A stretch of DNA of 63,384 nucleotides, counting the filler, from Rhabdomonas costata (Eukaryota), in assembly GCA_019059605.1 (NCBI GenBank). It is 55 parts of 55 records of this genome, joined end to end, with 100 filler letters (N's around TTAATTAATTAA, not from the genome) between each part and the next. Parts side by side here need not be neighbours in the genome. Positions count along the whole stretch, not along the records: positions 23,100 to 24,153 come from JAHMHO010031149.1; positions 24,254 to 25,307 come from JAHMHO010031150.1; positions 25,408 to 26,461 come from JAHMHO010031151.1; positions 26,562 to 27,615 come from JAHMHO010031152.1; positions 27,716 to 28,770 come from JAHMHO010031153.1; positions 28,871 to 29,924 come from JAHMHO010031154.1; positions 30,025 to 31,077 come from JAHMHO010031155.1; positions 31,178 to 32,231 come from JAHMHO010031156.1; 47 more parts are not named here. One strand, written 5' to 3'. This document shows, piece by piece, positions 24,142 through 37,575 of this stretch. Position 1 is the first letter of the stretch, and each line of letters starts with the position of its first letter. The position numbers and the translations under genes are program-made. The notes below the pieces were generated by a model. The model worked only from the letters and a program-made list of their open reading frames with translations, did not search any database and was not told the origin of the DNA.

Positions 24142-25919
24142 ACCACCCCCACCNNNNNNNNNNNNNNNNNNNNNNNNNNNNNNNNNNNNNNNNNNNNTTA
24201 ATTAATTAANNNNNNNNNNNNNNNNNNNNNNNNNNNNNNNNNNNNNNNNNNNNGTGTTTTTTGAGCCATTTGGAGGCCGTAGGAGGCACATCGTAGAGCA
24301 CTGGAAGGGCCACTACACCCGCTTCAGGACTGTGTCTGGATGTTCTTAATGCAGATTGGATAGAAGGAAAGAATGCCCCAACAAAGGATTTGGCAGTGCA
24401 ATCCAACTATAAAAAAACAGCTGAGCGAAGGCACCGGAAGGCAAGGAGTGGGGGATCGCTACCATACCTCAGCCTGCTAATCTCAGACAGCAGAGCATCC
24501 GTCATCGCTTCTCGCCAACAACGTCAGCAAGGTGGCAACCAACCGAAAGCACTCAACGGTTCACACGGGAAAGCAAAACGCAAAACAGAGGACACGCTGG
24601 TTGGACTGAGAAAAGACACCGAAGGCACCATTGGACCTGAAGGAACCTCGCGCAAAAGAGGACCAGCAGTGGTCAACTCGCCCCAGTCGAATTCAATGCC
24701 CAGCATAGCCCACAAAATGGCGGAGAACCTTGTCTTTAGATCTCAAAAACAATCTCGGAATAAAGCAGTCAGCGACGGAAGCCTTCCATAATGAGTCCAC
24801 AAACTCTGCAACTCCGCAACTGAGCCAACTAATTCAAACTTACTAAAACTTACTAAATTCACCCCGGACACACACACCAAGCGCATGGCAAACGAATACA
24901 TCAACAAGAGAACTTGCCTGGTCTCGCCATTCTTTTACCGCCCCCTGTCCTCCACCTCCTCCAGGTTATGGTCTCATTGCGACCCCATTAGTATCGAAAG
25001 CATGGAAAACCCGATTTGCCGCAGATATATCTCGAGATGCCGAGGATGTGGTGCATTACCAAACGAGGCGAGGTTGAACTTGGTTCACATACAGCTAAAC
25101 AGGAGTGAGGAGCAGAGCTTGGGCCCCTTCACAACATCTGCACAGTCTGGCAAAAATCTGTATGGTCCCGTTTTGTCGCACAGCACAGCACAATACACAT
25201 AGATACACCAGCTCAAGTCCTGGCAAGTCTACAATCACACCACAGGTCAATAAAAAGCCACACGCACCGCTTCTGCAGACCAGTCCAATTGCAGGAACCA
25301 ACCCAACNNNNNNNNNNNNNNNNNNNNNNNNNNNNNNNNNNNNNNNNNNNNTTAATTAATTAANNNNNNNNNNNNNNNNNNNNNNNNNNNNNNNNNNNNN
25401 NNNNNNNGGGTTAGGTAAGTTGATTGCTTTTGCTTAGCAGCTGAAAACCACGCCTGGCTCTCTCCAGTGGCTGGGATATATGCGGACAAGTAGGACAGCA
25501 ATAGTCTAGGGGCGAAGGCCAGCGGCGCGGCGGTGGGAGCGGTTCGGGAGTGGTATCGCAGGCCATAATACTTCAACATATTACACGCCATTTTATCCAA
25601 GTGAAAAGTGTAGCCATTGTGTACAATCACTTCACACTACGTACACTGTGGAGCACTGGCGGACAGACTTTTATGACCACAGGAACTTAGCACCTTGGAT
25701 ATGCGCCCCGCGGCCCAAGACAAACTGGACAAAAAAATTCAGGGGACAAAGTATCCTGGCACCCAAAATCTGAACCGTGACATGAAGGGAGAATCGTTTT
25801 CCTCCTCCGGCAAGCGTTCGTACTCCCAGAAGTTGATCACATTCAAGGGCCACCCTGCCCAGATCAGGCGTCTTCGTTGGGGGTCCTTCAAAAATTTTTT
25901 TTGGGGTCACGTCTAACGG

Positions 25920-25995
25920 CGTTATACGTTTTGGGACTTTGCGGAAGAAAAAATACACATCAACCACAGGAAAGAGGCAGCCTTCATCACACACA
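25920..25995 (-). pseudogene. Second, partial copy of the Josephin-like ORF
   Basis: VCDEGCLFPVVDVYFFFRK aligns to VGNEGCLFPIVDARSFFRN at 15692-15748; shared DNA GAAGGCTGCCTCTTTCC and TTCTTCCGCAA. Confidence 0.65.
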
Positions 25996-26345
25996 CAAAA
26001 AATACAAAAAACCCAAATTATTGTGGCAAGGGTTAAGAAGCTGAGCATCCTTTTTCTCTAAACAGGAATTTATCACATTAACTCACCGCTGATGTGCGCG
26101 CGCACGTGGGAATGCTCCAAAAGATTACCCCCTCCCCAATTCTCATCAAAACAACTCCGAATCGGTCATTACACTACAGTACAACACCGCGCAGAGTGCT
26201 GGCCGTTCTGCTCCGTTACCTCAACATCAGCTCGAAACAATCTTTGAAGGGGTGAAAAACAGTGGTCCCGATATCCACCCCTCACCATCCACTCTAGTCC
26301 GGCCTGCCAAAACAGAGCCCACTTTGTCCGACTCCACGGCAGCCG

Positions 26346-26461
26346 TCACTGCTTGGGGGCGGAGAGCTTCTGGATGGCCTCCACCTTGGCCAGCAGGTGC
26401 CTCGCACCTTCGACGTGGAGGTTCTCGATGAGCTTGCCATCCACAACGACCACGCCCTGGC
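26346..26461 (-). CDS. C-terminus of an HpcH/CitE-family (citrate lyase beta / malyl-CoA lyase-like) protein
   Basis: QGVVVVDGKLIENLHVEGARHLLAKVEAI followed by TGA. Confidence 0.8.
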
Positions 26462-28922
26462 NNNNNNNNNNNNNNNNNNNNNNNNNNNNNNNNNNNNNNN
26501 NNNNNTTAATTAATTAANNNNNNNNNNNNNNNNNNNNNNNNNNNNNNNNNNNNNNNNNNNNGTGGTGGGGGCGCGTTCTTCGCGGTCACGATTTTGACTG
26601 TCGCACTGTTTTCCGTGATTGGGCGCGCTGGCTTTTACCAGCCACAAACGCCAAGGTAAACGGTCCTCGGGGTACAGCGCTTTAATTCCCGTAATGGCGC
26701 GTGTCGGATCCCGTCCGTAGCTCCAAAAACATTGCGGAGAATAAACTCCACCGCCTGCAAAGTTGTCCGTTACCTTGCGGCCGCTCAGTGGTGATGCTTC
26801 GTTCCCGGTGGGGGTGGAAGAAGGGGCTTAACGCTTAAACGGAGCAACCGGCAATCCGGAACGGTCTTGTGGGATACCTCGGCGGCCGCGCGCGGCCGGT
26901 TCTTCAACCCAGGCGCGCCACGGCCACCCATAGTCGACGCGGACTTCGTGCAACTGCCCACCTTTAGTCGACCGTCCGCCGACCGCGCGGCCGGGTGCAA
27001 CCCCCGACCACCACGCTTCACTCCCAAACCTGCCTTCCCGCCACGGGCATTCTTTCTGGCCCATTTGTGCCACCCAATTTGGCCGCTCCTCCGGCGGCAA
27101 CGTGGTGGTGGGCGTTCCTTCTCCAAATAACCAGAGATTTGGGGTGGGGGGACCGAAGATGAATATTGTTTGCCTTGCATCTGCCGACCTGCCCGCGGAA
27201 AATTAACGTCGAGGTTCCTGACTTGCCGTCGCTTGCGCCAAAAAGAATGAACCCCTTACGTACCTCAACCCTGCAACCACGTCGCCCGCGGAAAATTACC
27301 AAACGGAGGGATATAATGACGACCAACACGCCCGAATCCCGCGGGACAAACCACCCCATCCGCGGCCATTGTCCAAACCTTGCTTCAAAAACAGCCAATT
27401 CAGCGTTTTCAAAAAGCGGTAAAAACCGGCTGCCCACATTTTGCGGTAAACACCGCCCAAGCGTTGACCCGTGAATTTATGTATTCGACAATGCCGCTGT
27501 GGAAGGTGGACATGGACGTGGCAATTATTGCTTCTCCGTAGTCAGCTAAAGGGCCAAATGGGGCCATTTTAGGGCCTTTGGCTGACTACGGAGAAGCAAT
27601 AATTGCCACACCACANNNNNNNNNNNNNNNNNNNNNNNNNNNNNNNNNNNNNNNNNNNNTTAATTAATTAANNNNNNNNNNNNNNNNNNNNNNNNNNNNN
27701 NNNNNNNNNNNNNNNGGGTTTTGGATGTTTTGGATTGTGATCGATTAGTTTAGGGACGAAGGTCTGACCGCGGCGCGGCCGGAGCGGACGGATGGGCAGG
27801 GACGTGTCATGGGGACTTGCAAAAATCTGACTTTTCATGTTAATGGTGTTAAACGGTCAACGGCATTAAACGTCTAACGCCCCACCACCACCCAAAAAAA
27901 ACTACAACAGCCCCAGAATTTGGCACTGGGGGGAAGTGTACTTCGAGTTCACGCCAAGTGCACAAAGTATGAGGGAAGGAAGAAAACCAAACAGAAGAAG
28001 AGGCCAAGAGGGACATCCGAATCCAAAACGCCAGGTCCAGCATAAACGCCGAGAAAGACCGCTATGGAGTGTGTGATTAAGGCCCCTCGATGGTCCTCGG
28101 CCCGAGAAGGGGAGGGGAGGTGATCCCCGCACCAGAGATCACTCCAAAAGACCCCTGCAGGGAGGCCGAAAACTCTCCATCGCCCGCACAGACCTTGTGC
28201 ATGCAGCCTGCGCTGTTGAAGTAAGAGAGAACAGGGTTGGTAAGATATTGAAAACTTTGGAACGAAAGAAAACGGCCTGTGTCCGCCGAGCCCATTTTGC
28301 TTGTACGGGTATTGATTCTCCCCTCCGCAGGTCTTCGGTGTGTCTGCGTTGCTGCGTGTGGGTGCGCTTTTCTTTCTGAGTGTTGCGTGGACGTGGGGGT
28401 TGTATAGTTCCCGCTTCCTCCCGCGCCGGCGGCGGGGACCGCGGCTTCCTCTGCTGAGGGGTGTGATCCAGCGCTTCGCGAGGCCTTGGCCGCGGTGGAC
28501 CTGACGTCCCACCCCTACTTCCAGTGCCCCGACCAGGCCACGGAGGAGGGCAGGTAGGGATTGTCCTGCATCTCCCCAATCATCATTCTCTTGCACCCTC
28601 GTCCCCCTTCCTCCAGCGGTCGTGCAGGTGTGCTTATATTTCATGGTGCCCCAGCTAGCTGCAGGTAAAGCACTCCAACTGGAGGAGTAACCTTGTGCAA
28701 GGAGGAAAACAATTTTGTGGGTAAGGTTTAAAAATCGGCATAAACGGAAGGAAGCTGGGGCACCACAAAANNNNNNNNNNNNNNNNNNNNNNNNNNNNNN
28801 NNNNNNNNNNNNNNTTAATTAATTAANNNNNNNNNNNNNNNNNNNNNNNNNNNNNNNNNNNNNNNNNNNNGGGGTGGGGGTGTTGAGTCTTCTGTTAATC
28901 TCGTTTCACCTGCTCGCTTCAG

Positions 28923-29041
28923 AGCCGCTTCTGTCTACTTTTGTTCACCAGAACACGCCAGCGATCACCGACATGCTTCAGCGAGAACTTCACGATACTT
29001 TTAAGAACATCCAGCACGAGAATGTTGTTAAGATGTTGGCG
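28923..29041 (+). CDS. Exon of a protein kinase-like protein (subdomain III-IV)
   Basis: RELHDTFKNIQHENVVKML resembles the HxNIV motif; AG/GT boundaries. Confidence 0.55.
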
Positions 29042-32000
29042 GTATGCCCAGCTCAGCATTTTGGTTTTTCCAGTTCCCAGATTAATTAGCCAAAGCGATG
29101 AAAAATTGCGATCTCATCTTGCACATACGGTTGGCTGAAAACTCCATCACGCACCATCGCAGCAAAACGCAGGCCATCACATTTCATCACGTGCTGTCGA
29201 CAGGGCTGGTGGAAAAAGTACAACATGCAAATTTTGTACTTTATTTTTTCCGCTTTCGACCTCCGATAATTTTTGGCTTGAAAGGCACTTTTTGGGGTTT
29301 TTGGAACCGCATTCTTGACTCTTTTTAGAACATGTTTTCTTTCCGGAGCTAATTCATCGCCAGTGCTGCTGCTGAAGCAGACGTAAATACTTCTGACGCT
29401 GTCGCATCCCCTGCTTTTTTTGTTTGCATTTTTGGCATCCATTTTTGATCTCACTTTTCCTTCGCGCCCTTAGTCATCACTCATAGCCATCGCGCGCCAT
29501 CGCTCACTTCTGGAAAGTAGGTTTGCTAGCTTCAACCTTAGGGCAAGCAGAAGAAGCCATTTCACAAAACGCGCGCAACGGGTTATTAAAAATGCCATCG
29601 GATGCCGTCGGTGACATCGCTCTCGACCTCACTGTCTTATTCTGGCAGACTGATGGCCCCGACCCACTGGACTCGTTTGTGCAGCGTAAAGTTGCTTAGA
29701 AGGCCGATTTGTATGGATTTGTATGGGAGCTCTTTATCCAGCAGTCCGACGGATGATATCTCAGCTGGCAGGGATGTTTGCGAAGTCGGTTGCTATACCT
29801 GAAAATCAAAAGCAGCTGGTGTGGAGGTAGGATGCCACTGATACAGGGCGTCCTCGTCAGCCACTGCAGCGTGGGAGTCAGCATCTTCGAACAGCTGGAT
29901 AAAGAGCTCCCATACAAACCCACCNNNNNNNNNNNNNNNNNNNNNNNNNNNNNNNNNNNNNNNNNNNNTTAATTAATTAANNNNNNNNNNNNNNNNNNNN
30001 NNNNNNNNNNNNNNNNNNNNNNNNGGGGGTGTTTGGTGTTTGTGGGGAGACCCTTTTCGGAGACTACAGTGCACTAGCAACTGGGATCCGGACATCTCGG
30101 ACGTGCAAAAATTAACTCGACCCAACAGTTCGCAGCATTGCCGAAAAATGTGCAAAAAAAATTTTTGTAAATTTTTATAGCGCTGCTATAAAAAGGGGGG
30201 CCATTTGATAAACTTAACCGTCGAGAAACGTTAAGGGCCTAGGGTGCACTGCACGAAGCTTTCGGCTGGGGCAACTTAGCATACCCAAGTGTAGGATTTC
30301 ATGCTGGCAGCGGAGTGGGCTGAGAATGCTTGTTTATATCTGATGTTTAGATCTGCGCTATAGGCGTTTTCGTGGTCAATTGAGGCCAATTTTCACTTTA
30401 CTGGGTGTGCGTTAAGTATGTGGCACCCGTGCTTGGCTTTAGCTTAGCCCTGGCGTCGGTTCACAACGCCCACAGCCAAGCCATTGTCACCATAACATAA
30501 CTGCACATAGCATCGGAGAGGCGAAAACGAACGCATGACAAACAACACCTGCACATATTTTCTCGTCAAAGGAGGGGCAATTCATGTTGGTGCGATCAAT
30601 CGTTGTTGATATTGTAACTGTTTGAGAGCAACCCGTGTTCGTACTGCGATATACCAGGTACCACATCGCTGCAGCCGTGTCACTGAAGTGAAGTGGGCTT
30701 TGTCCCACTTTTCGAGTGAGATCCCAGCTTCCTCAAAGTATTGTTTAAAAGCAACCTGTACCCATCACAGCCAGCCTTCAGCTGCACGTGGAGGCAGGAA
30801 AGGGTGATTCCAATGACTGGCGACGCAGTAAACGAAGGCAACAACACCATGTGAAGAGGGGTCACCACCCTGGTTGTATAAAGCTCGCAAGGGGAATCCC
30901 CAGCGTTTTCACCATAAACAAGAAGCAAAAACACAATAACTGTAGTCAGGAGCATTTCATTAAGAAATGAAAGAAAAGACTGCCTGCGTGACACATAAAC
31001 ACAAAGGATCCGACCCACGCAAACCGACCCCCATTACATTCAACCGGTTCCGACTGTTTGGTGACCACCCACCCACCNNNNNNNNNNNNNNNNNNNNNNN
31101 NNNNNNNNNNNNNNNNNNNNNTTAATTAATTAANNNNNNNNNNNNNNNNNNNNNNNNNNNNNNNNNNNNNNNNNNNNTGGGGTGTGTGTGTGTGTGTGTG
31201 TTTGTGTGTGTGTGTTGGGGGTTCTCTTTGGTGTACTGTAGATTCTGTCCTTGTCTTTCTGCGTTGGGGTCTCGGTTAGGTACATTCCTTTGCAGCGTGA
31301 AACTCTTTGCGTTCAGTTCATGCTCATAGGCAGTGACAAAGTCCCGGGGATATTCTGAGAAGGGGAATGTGCTTCATCCGTCCGTCTTTCCTTTCCCTTT
31401 ATGCAATTCTTCTTTCCTTTCAGACCTCTCCGATGTTCCGCCTGGACATCTGTGCGGGCGGTGGCAGCCCCTCCATGGAAGGCCGGCCCGCCTGCCCCCC
31501 TCCTGTTCCCCCTGTGGTGCCGGGGGTCGACCCTAGACACGCCCTACCCGTGAAGGACACTCGTGGCGACCCAGAGCAGTTGAGCCCGAGTATGAGCGCC
31601 CCTGTCCTGCAGCTTCACCACTACACCCCACCTCAACCACACCCATTGATTTCGGAGTAGTGAAGAATCGAACATTTTACGCATATCTTCTGGAAGGTTG
31701 AAGGTTTTCGCAAATTGTGAAATGTGTGAGAAGTTCGACAATAACAACAATTCATTCCATTCATTGTTTTTTGTGTACGCTGTGAGGGGGGCAGGAAATT
31801 GAGTGGGCCTGTGCGTGATGCTGAAGGGTTCCTCAGTAACACGAGCAACTCAACAAGAGGGATGTTGAGGCTCTACACCGCATAGGAAAGTACACCGCAA
31901 CACCGGAACGACAAAAAAAAAGCGTCGCATCCACGCCGCAGCCAGCCACAACAATCCCAATCACGGAGACAGACAAGGGCAAAGGGCAGAGTTAGGGTAC

Positions 32001-32549
32001 ACGCAGCAGTGCACAAACTGGGGGGAATGCAAGCTCCTCCGCAAGTTTCCGATGGCTCACGACCACAATGCTCGTGAAAACTGCGGCACCGAGGGGAGAG
32101 CAGGAAGGTAGGGCAGGAATCAAACTCACTTGAATCAAGAAAAAAGCGCAAAACTTTCGTGCTGATAAGCAACAGGGGCTGGGGGTGTACAGAGCTTTCT
32201 CTCACATCGACAAAACTTGGAAAAACAACCCNNNNNNNNNNNNNNNNNNNNNNNNNNNNNNNNNNNNNNNNNNNNTTAATTAATTAANNNNNNNNNNNNN
32301 NNNNNNNNNNNNNNNNNNNNNNNNNNNNNNNGTGTTGGGTGTGGTTGGTGGGTTGTGTAGAGTTGGAGCTCCGGAGGCTCAGTAGGAAACTGGGCGCGGC
32401 GGGAAACGAATCGAATCGCAAGCAGAAGGTTTAAAGCGGAAGAATTTTCAGTCGCACAAGAACGGGGTCGACGGGGAGAACACGGTGGAGCAAAAAATTT
32501 CCAAGAAGCTCGGAGGATTCCGAGGACGATGCGGTGATGGCCGAGAATT

Positions 32550-32579
32550 CGGATTCGGATTCGGATTCGGATTCGGATT
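32550..32579 (+). repeat. (CGGATT)n hexamer array
   Basis: Five tandem units. Confidence 0.9.
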
Positions 32580-33486
32580 GAATCTTCAAGACTTCAAGGC
32601 ATCATGTTGAAGAATCCAAAGGGGCTTTGGTAATGATTTGTGGCTTTTTGACATGTTCGAGTAAGAGTTTGAAAATTGCGCAAAGCAATGGGTTGAAGTT
32701 TAAAAAATTTTTGTGGAGGTTTGGGTTGTGGAGCTGTGTATCGTAAGTCGTGCGGTGTTTGGCGCGCCTTTGCCTGGAGGCAGTCGAAAGCAAACACTCC
32801 ACGCGGAAGGGCCGCCCACACGCGGGCAATTTGCCCGCAGGACTGGGTTTTGGGGTTAAAGCCGGCGCGCCCACGCACCCTCGTATTACCCCAGCGCGAA
32901 AAAGCACCACAACCCCAGGTCACCGAGAAAAACCGGGAGTCTCACGGGACCTGGCGCCGCGACCGGACCGCAAGTAGCCAGGAGCCAGTAGCCAGTAGCC
33001 AGGGGCCAGTAGCCAGGCAGAAGGCTGGGTCGTACCACAGCGGGTCCATCAACACAAAAAAGGCTGTCGACAAAGCAGCTTCCTGAAAATTCTGGGCGGG
33101 GCCTGCCTGCCTGCCAACGACGAGGCGGGAAGGGCAAAAGGGTGCGAAGGAAGCGGCCCAAAGGCATAAAAAGGATGAAAAGGGGCGCGTGGCGCGGCAA
33201 AAGCCTGACGAGGGCCGGCGAAAAAATGGGCCTGGGTCCACGGAAAAGGCTGGGAACAACGGCAAAAGCACTCTGTTTCCTGGGGAGGAAGAGTCGGTTT
33301 CTGACTTGGTGGTTCCGGGGACGAACTATCACACTTATAGGGGTTACACAACCGAGGTACGAGGGAGTACTCAACCAACAAACCCNNNNNNNNNNNNNNN
33401 NNNNNNNNNNNNNNNNNNNNNNNNNNNNNTTAATTAATTAANNNNNNNNNNNNNNNNNNNNNNNNNNNNNNNNNNNNNNNNNNNNC

Positions 33487-33961
33487 GTGGCCACTCCTGC
33501 GCAGCTCGCGCTGGCGGGATTCCTGGAGCAGGTGAACAACCAGATGCAGGCGAAGGCGTTCTCGGCCGTGGTGGAGATGATTGACAAAGGCATTGGGCAG
33601 CCCACCCCTGGGGCAACCACCTGGGCCACGGCGCCTCCTCCCATCCCACGACTGCCCGGGGCCATGACCACCGAGCACTCCGTGGTGGAGGACGACATTG
33701 AGAGGGTGAGCAGTATGGGCAGCACGCTGGCGGACGCCCTAGCGGGCGCCCGCCACAGCCCGGAAAGGCTGGGCTCCTGGCGGCTCACTTCGAGGGGGCC
33801 GACGTCAAAGCCAGGCAGCTCTGGGAGCCCTAGGGCTCACGGCTCGCCCAAGCTTTGTGACAGCTTGCCAGTGTATGCTCACCCTGCGCTGGCTGTCCTC
33901 CGTAGCAGGGCGCGCCTCAACCTGGAGTCGGGCAGCGAGGAGACGGCCAATGTGCTGCACA
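33487..33961 (+). CDS. Partial exon of an unknown protein
   Basis: GC3-rich open frame of about 158 codons ending at a GTAAAT donor. Confidence 0.55.
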
Positions 33962-36900
33962 GTAAATGAGAGCGTTTGCAAGCTTTTGTTTGACTGGGTG
34001 TTTGAGTGGGTTCGTGTCTGACGCGGAGGGAATAGAGTGCTCACGTAAAGAAACGCAAGTGAGGGCCCCACGCATAAGATGCACACCTGGATGTGTGCGA
34101 CGATATGCATGGTTGGGGGAACTTAGGAATTGAGAGAGGGAACAAGTGGGTACGGTATTGTGGGTGGGCTCGGTGGGATGAGAGGGAGAGTCTGACTCGG
34201 CTAAAATTGTCCCCAGATTCTTCACTGGTTGTGCTTCATGCTGCCTCGCTCGCACTTCTACTGCTTCCGTCACGCACGTGCGGGGATGTCTTCGACTCGA
34301 CGTCGCGTGAGGGATGAGGAAGTGCACATTTTTGTCCTCAGTTCACTTCTTCCTCGGCGGATAGTGTGGTTTCTGTTTTTCTGTTTCTTGCTTGTGAGGG
34401 GTGGGGGTTTTCTGCGGGAATGTATTGGTTGTCTCACCTATCGGTTCACATAGGTCTCGGCAGTCCTCTTCAATTGGCAGTGCAATTGGCTGAGCACGCG
34501 AATGGCGACCCCCCCCCCCCAACCAACCACCCCCACCACNNNNNNNNNNNNNNNNNNNNNNNNNNNNNNNNNNNNNNNNNNNNTTAATTAATTAANNNNN
34601 NNNNNNNNNNNNNNNNNNNNNNNNNNNNNNNNNNNNNNNGGGTTGGGGGGTAATTAGACTGTTTTGCGGTTGAACGGGTGCGTTGATGTATATTGTCTTA
34701 CGCGTTTTCCTGTGTTTTTCCGTTTCATTGGTGCAAATTACTGGTTGTTTTGTTGACCCCAGCCTTTTACTTCAATCTTAGTCTACAATCTTAGTAGAGA
34801 GTGGGCTCCCTGGATTCGAATCCCACCCCGAACATTCGAGGCGAGTTGGGGAGTCTTGGAATTGAACCTGTGATATTTGGCACGGGTGCCACATACTTAC
34901 CCCCCCCCCTGGGTCCCCCCTTATGCCAGGCCATTTTCACACCATAAACTTCCCGAGTTCTTTTTCTTCTGTGCTTGTCTCATTCTCTGAGGATCTCTGT
35001 TATGTGGTCACCGTTCCTTTCCGCCGCCCCGAGGTGTAGTATCGTGACAAGAACCCGAGGTTCATACCCGCACCAGAAGTGCTTTTCTCAAACCCGCTAC
35101 ATAAATATGTCGCGGCCCAATCCGCATTTGGGGCGCGACATATTCACTCCGACCACCGCGGTAGAATGACCACCTTGGGGTTAAGGCGAAGCGTTAGAAG
35201 CGTAGTGATAACCTTGGGCATCACTACCTGGAGGCCAGCCCACCACGCCTCAGTCTAACACAGCCTTATACAGCCAATCCCTCAATATGGTGACGATACA
35301 ATCACAAACACCGACTCGGGTTATGCAGCTTGAGTAATGATAGCTATGCATTACCATTTCCGGTCGCCACATCACCTCAGCCACCGTGCCATCTCGTCTG
35401 GGTTGAGTGGAGTATTATCCCCTGTGGCCTAGTTCCAGATCAACCGTGGGTACATTTTCCCAGCAATACTGCCACATCCTGTGGGGGTTCATGTCAACCA
35501 CTAGAGACTAAACAGATATAACCAAAAGGTGCGGCATCTAGCCTAACTCTCCTCTAGCCACTACTAACGCATGAAGCTAAGGTGTTCGGATACGCGCGCG
35601 TTGTATAGCCCATAGTCGCAATGCGGCAGTAGAGGCTACATCTCCGCCGCAGTTTCCTTCAAGCGGTTAAACTGTTCCAGCTTCACACCCCCCNNNNNNN
35701 NNNNNNNNNNNNNNNNNNNNNNNNNNNNNNNNNNNNNTTAATTAATTAANNNNNNNNNNNNNNNNNNNNNNNNNNNNNNNNNNNNNNNNNNNNTGTTTTT
35801 TGTCACTCACTATTGTATTCATCATTTACATCTTGATTATCTCACTCGCATCCACTAGTGTTGCAAATAATATCTCCGCTACAAGATAATTGATGAATAC
35901 AATAGTGAGTGACAGAAAACGTGATAATGATACACCAAGTACATGGGGACATACAGAGGTATTCTAAATACTTTCTATAGGTACGCTAAGTGTCATAGTC
36001 GTCGGGAGTGCCATGAAATTGGAAACTGTGTGTCCGCAGTAATTACCAATTTACAAAACCCAGTACGATGATACAATCGTATAATATTTTACTACTGTAT
36101 GAGTTACCGCAAGAGAAATGTGTACGTGTTTCAACGGCAACGTGCACAAACAGCAAAGGCGTTGTGGATTGTGTCTGGGGCACATCTTCACCAAAAGTAG
36201 ATATAGCCGCACAACCATCGGGATGTAATGTTGAAATTGAATTAAGCGATGCAGTCACATGCTTTTGTGGTTCCCACAAAGTTCTACAGAGCAATAGTCA
36301 AAAATCATGATATAACACTGCAATTGCCTTTCAATCAAACTTTATGCGGTTTTTGTGTCAACGATGTGAGGTATCAACACGTACATTGTCAATTACAGTG
36401 AACATACTGCATAAGACGCTATGGCTGGTTTTATGTCATAAGGCCTGGTATTTGAGTTTTTTGACCTTTGGAATTTCTAGGAATTGAACACCATAATGTT
36501 CTAAATTACAAACATGGGAATCTCTCCACACGATTTGACAAATTTGGCAAGTCAAGTGTTGCAGTCGGCAAATTAAGTGATCAAATGTCCTCCTCATACC
36601 ATGTCTTTCTTTATCTGTCTGTGCTCTGATCCACTTGGTACACCCCACCTACTCCGCAGGTCACCAGTGCGTGATCACCGCGCGTTGGACTCCGTTCCAA
36701 CGGTTTCAGATTTTAGTCATGTAAACTTTACGCCCTGAGTCCCATCTGTTACACAACATTGAAACTATTCTGCAGATGGTGTGGTTTGAACCTACACCAC
36801 CGCAAAGACTACAATCCTTGCACCTCTCGTCCATCACACAAACACCNNNNNNNNNNNNNNNNNNNNNNNNNNNNNNNNNNNNNNNNNNNNTTAATTAATT

Positions 36901-36989
36901 AANNNNNNNNNNNNNNNNNNNNNNNNNNNNNNNNNNNNNNNNNNNNGGGTTTGTGGTGCCGAGGCCAGCCGCCGGGGCGGCCGGAGCGG

Positions 36990-37575
36990 AGGCCGCGTGG
37001 AAACCATTGGGGCTCCACAATTGCAATGGGACAGGTTCACATGCAGCGGTCGCGAGGAAAATGAGGTTCGAAGATGTTCCAAAATGGCCATCAGAGTTTT
37101 GGCGTCGCCCACAAGGGCATCGTCGTCATGGTACCAGACATCCCAGTCGGCACCGAAGTTCTGAAGGGTCTCCACTGTGGACTGGATTGCCAGCGCGAAG
37201 AAAGCAGGCCCCAGTGGATCGTGCCTTGCTCCGAGTAAATGATGTTGTCGCCGCAAAAGAGCGGGAATGGGCTGCCGTGTGTGAACTAGAACAAGGCTTG
37301 CCGGCCGTCCGCGCGCCTGGGCGCAGTTTGGGAAGGGGCAGAAATAGACGGGCGGAGGTAGAGGAACCACTCTGAGAACTCGCGGGGGTGCTTATTCCTG
37401 CACCAGAGGTGCTACCCTGCTCCTGTCTGGGAATCAGCGAGAGAGCCCGTGCTTTGCAAGCTGGGAGGAATGTTGACTCACCAGGAAAGTGCTGCCTCCT
37501 CTCCACATGAGCAAGAAGCGACTGAGAAGCAGTGCAGCTGTTGGAACACCCTGGAATGGGACAACCGTGCCGACC
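36990..37575 (-). mobile_element. Degenerate, internally deleted non-LTR retrotransposon (CRE-like): C2H2 finger plus RT fragment
   Basis: CPIPGC..SLLAHVERRQH; SEQG/DPLGPAFFALAI..WYHDDDALVG..LHVNLSHC/LWSP with frameshifts. Confidence 0.8.

Noticed and set aside
28372-28383. CTTTCTGAGTGT matching the start of the Euglena spliced leader as I recall it
   Set aside because: Only 12 nt match; the T-rich remainder and GT donor of an SL RNA gene are absent.
34894-34902. ATACTTACC as the U1 snRNA 5' end
   Set aside because: It runs into a poly-C tract; no U1 stem-loops or Sm site follow.
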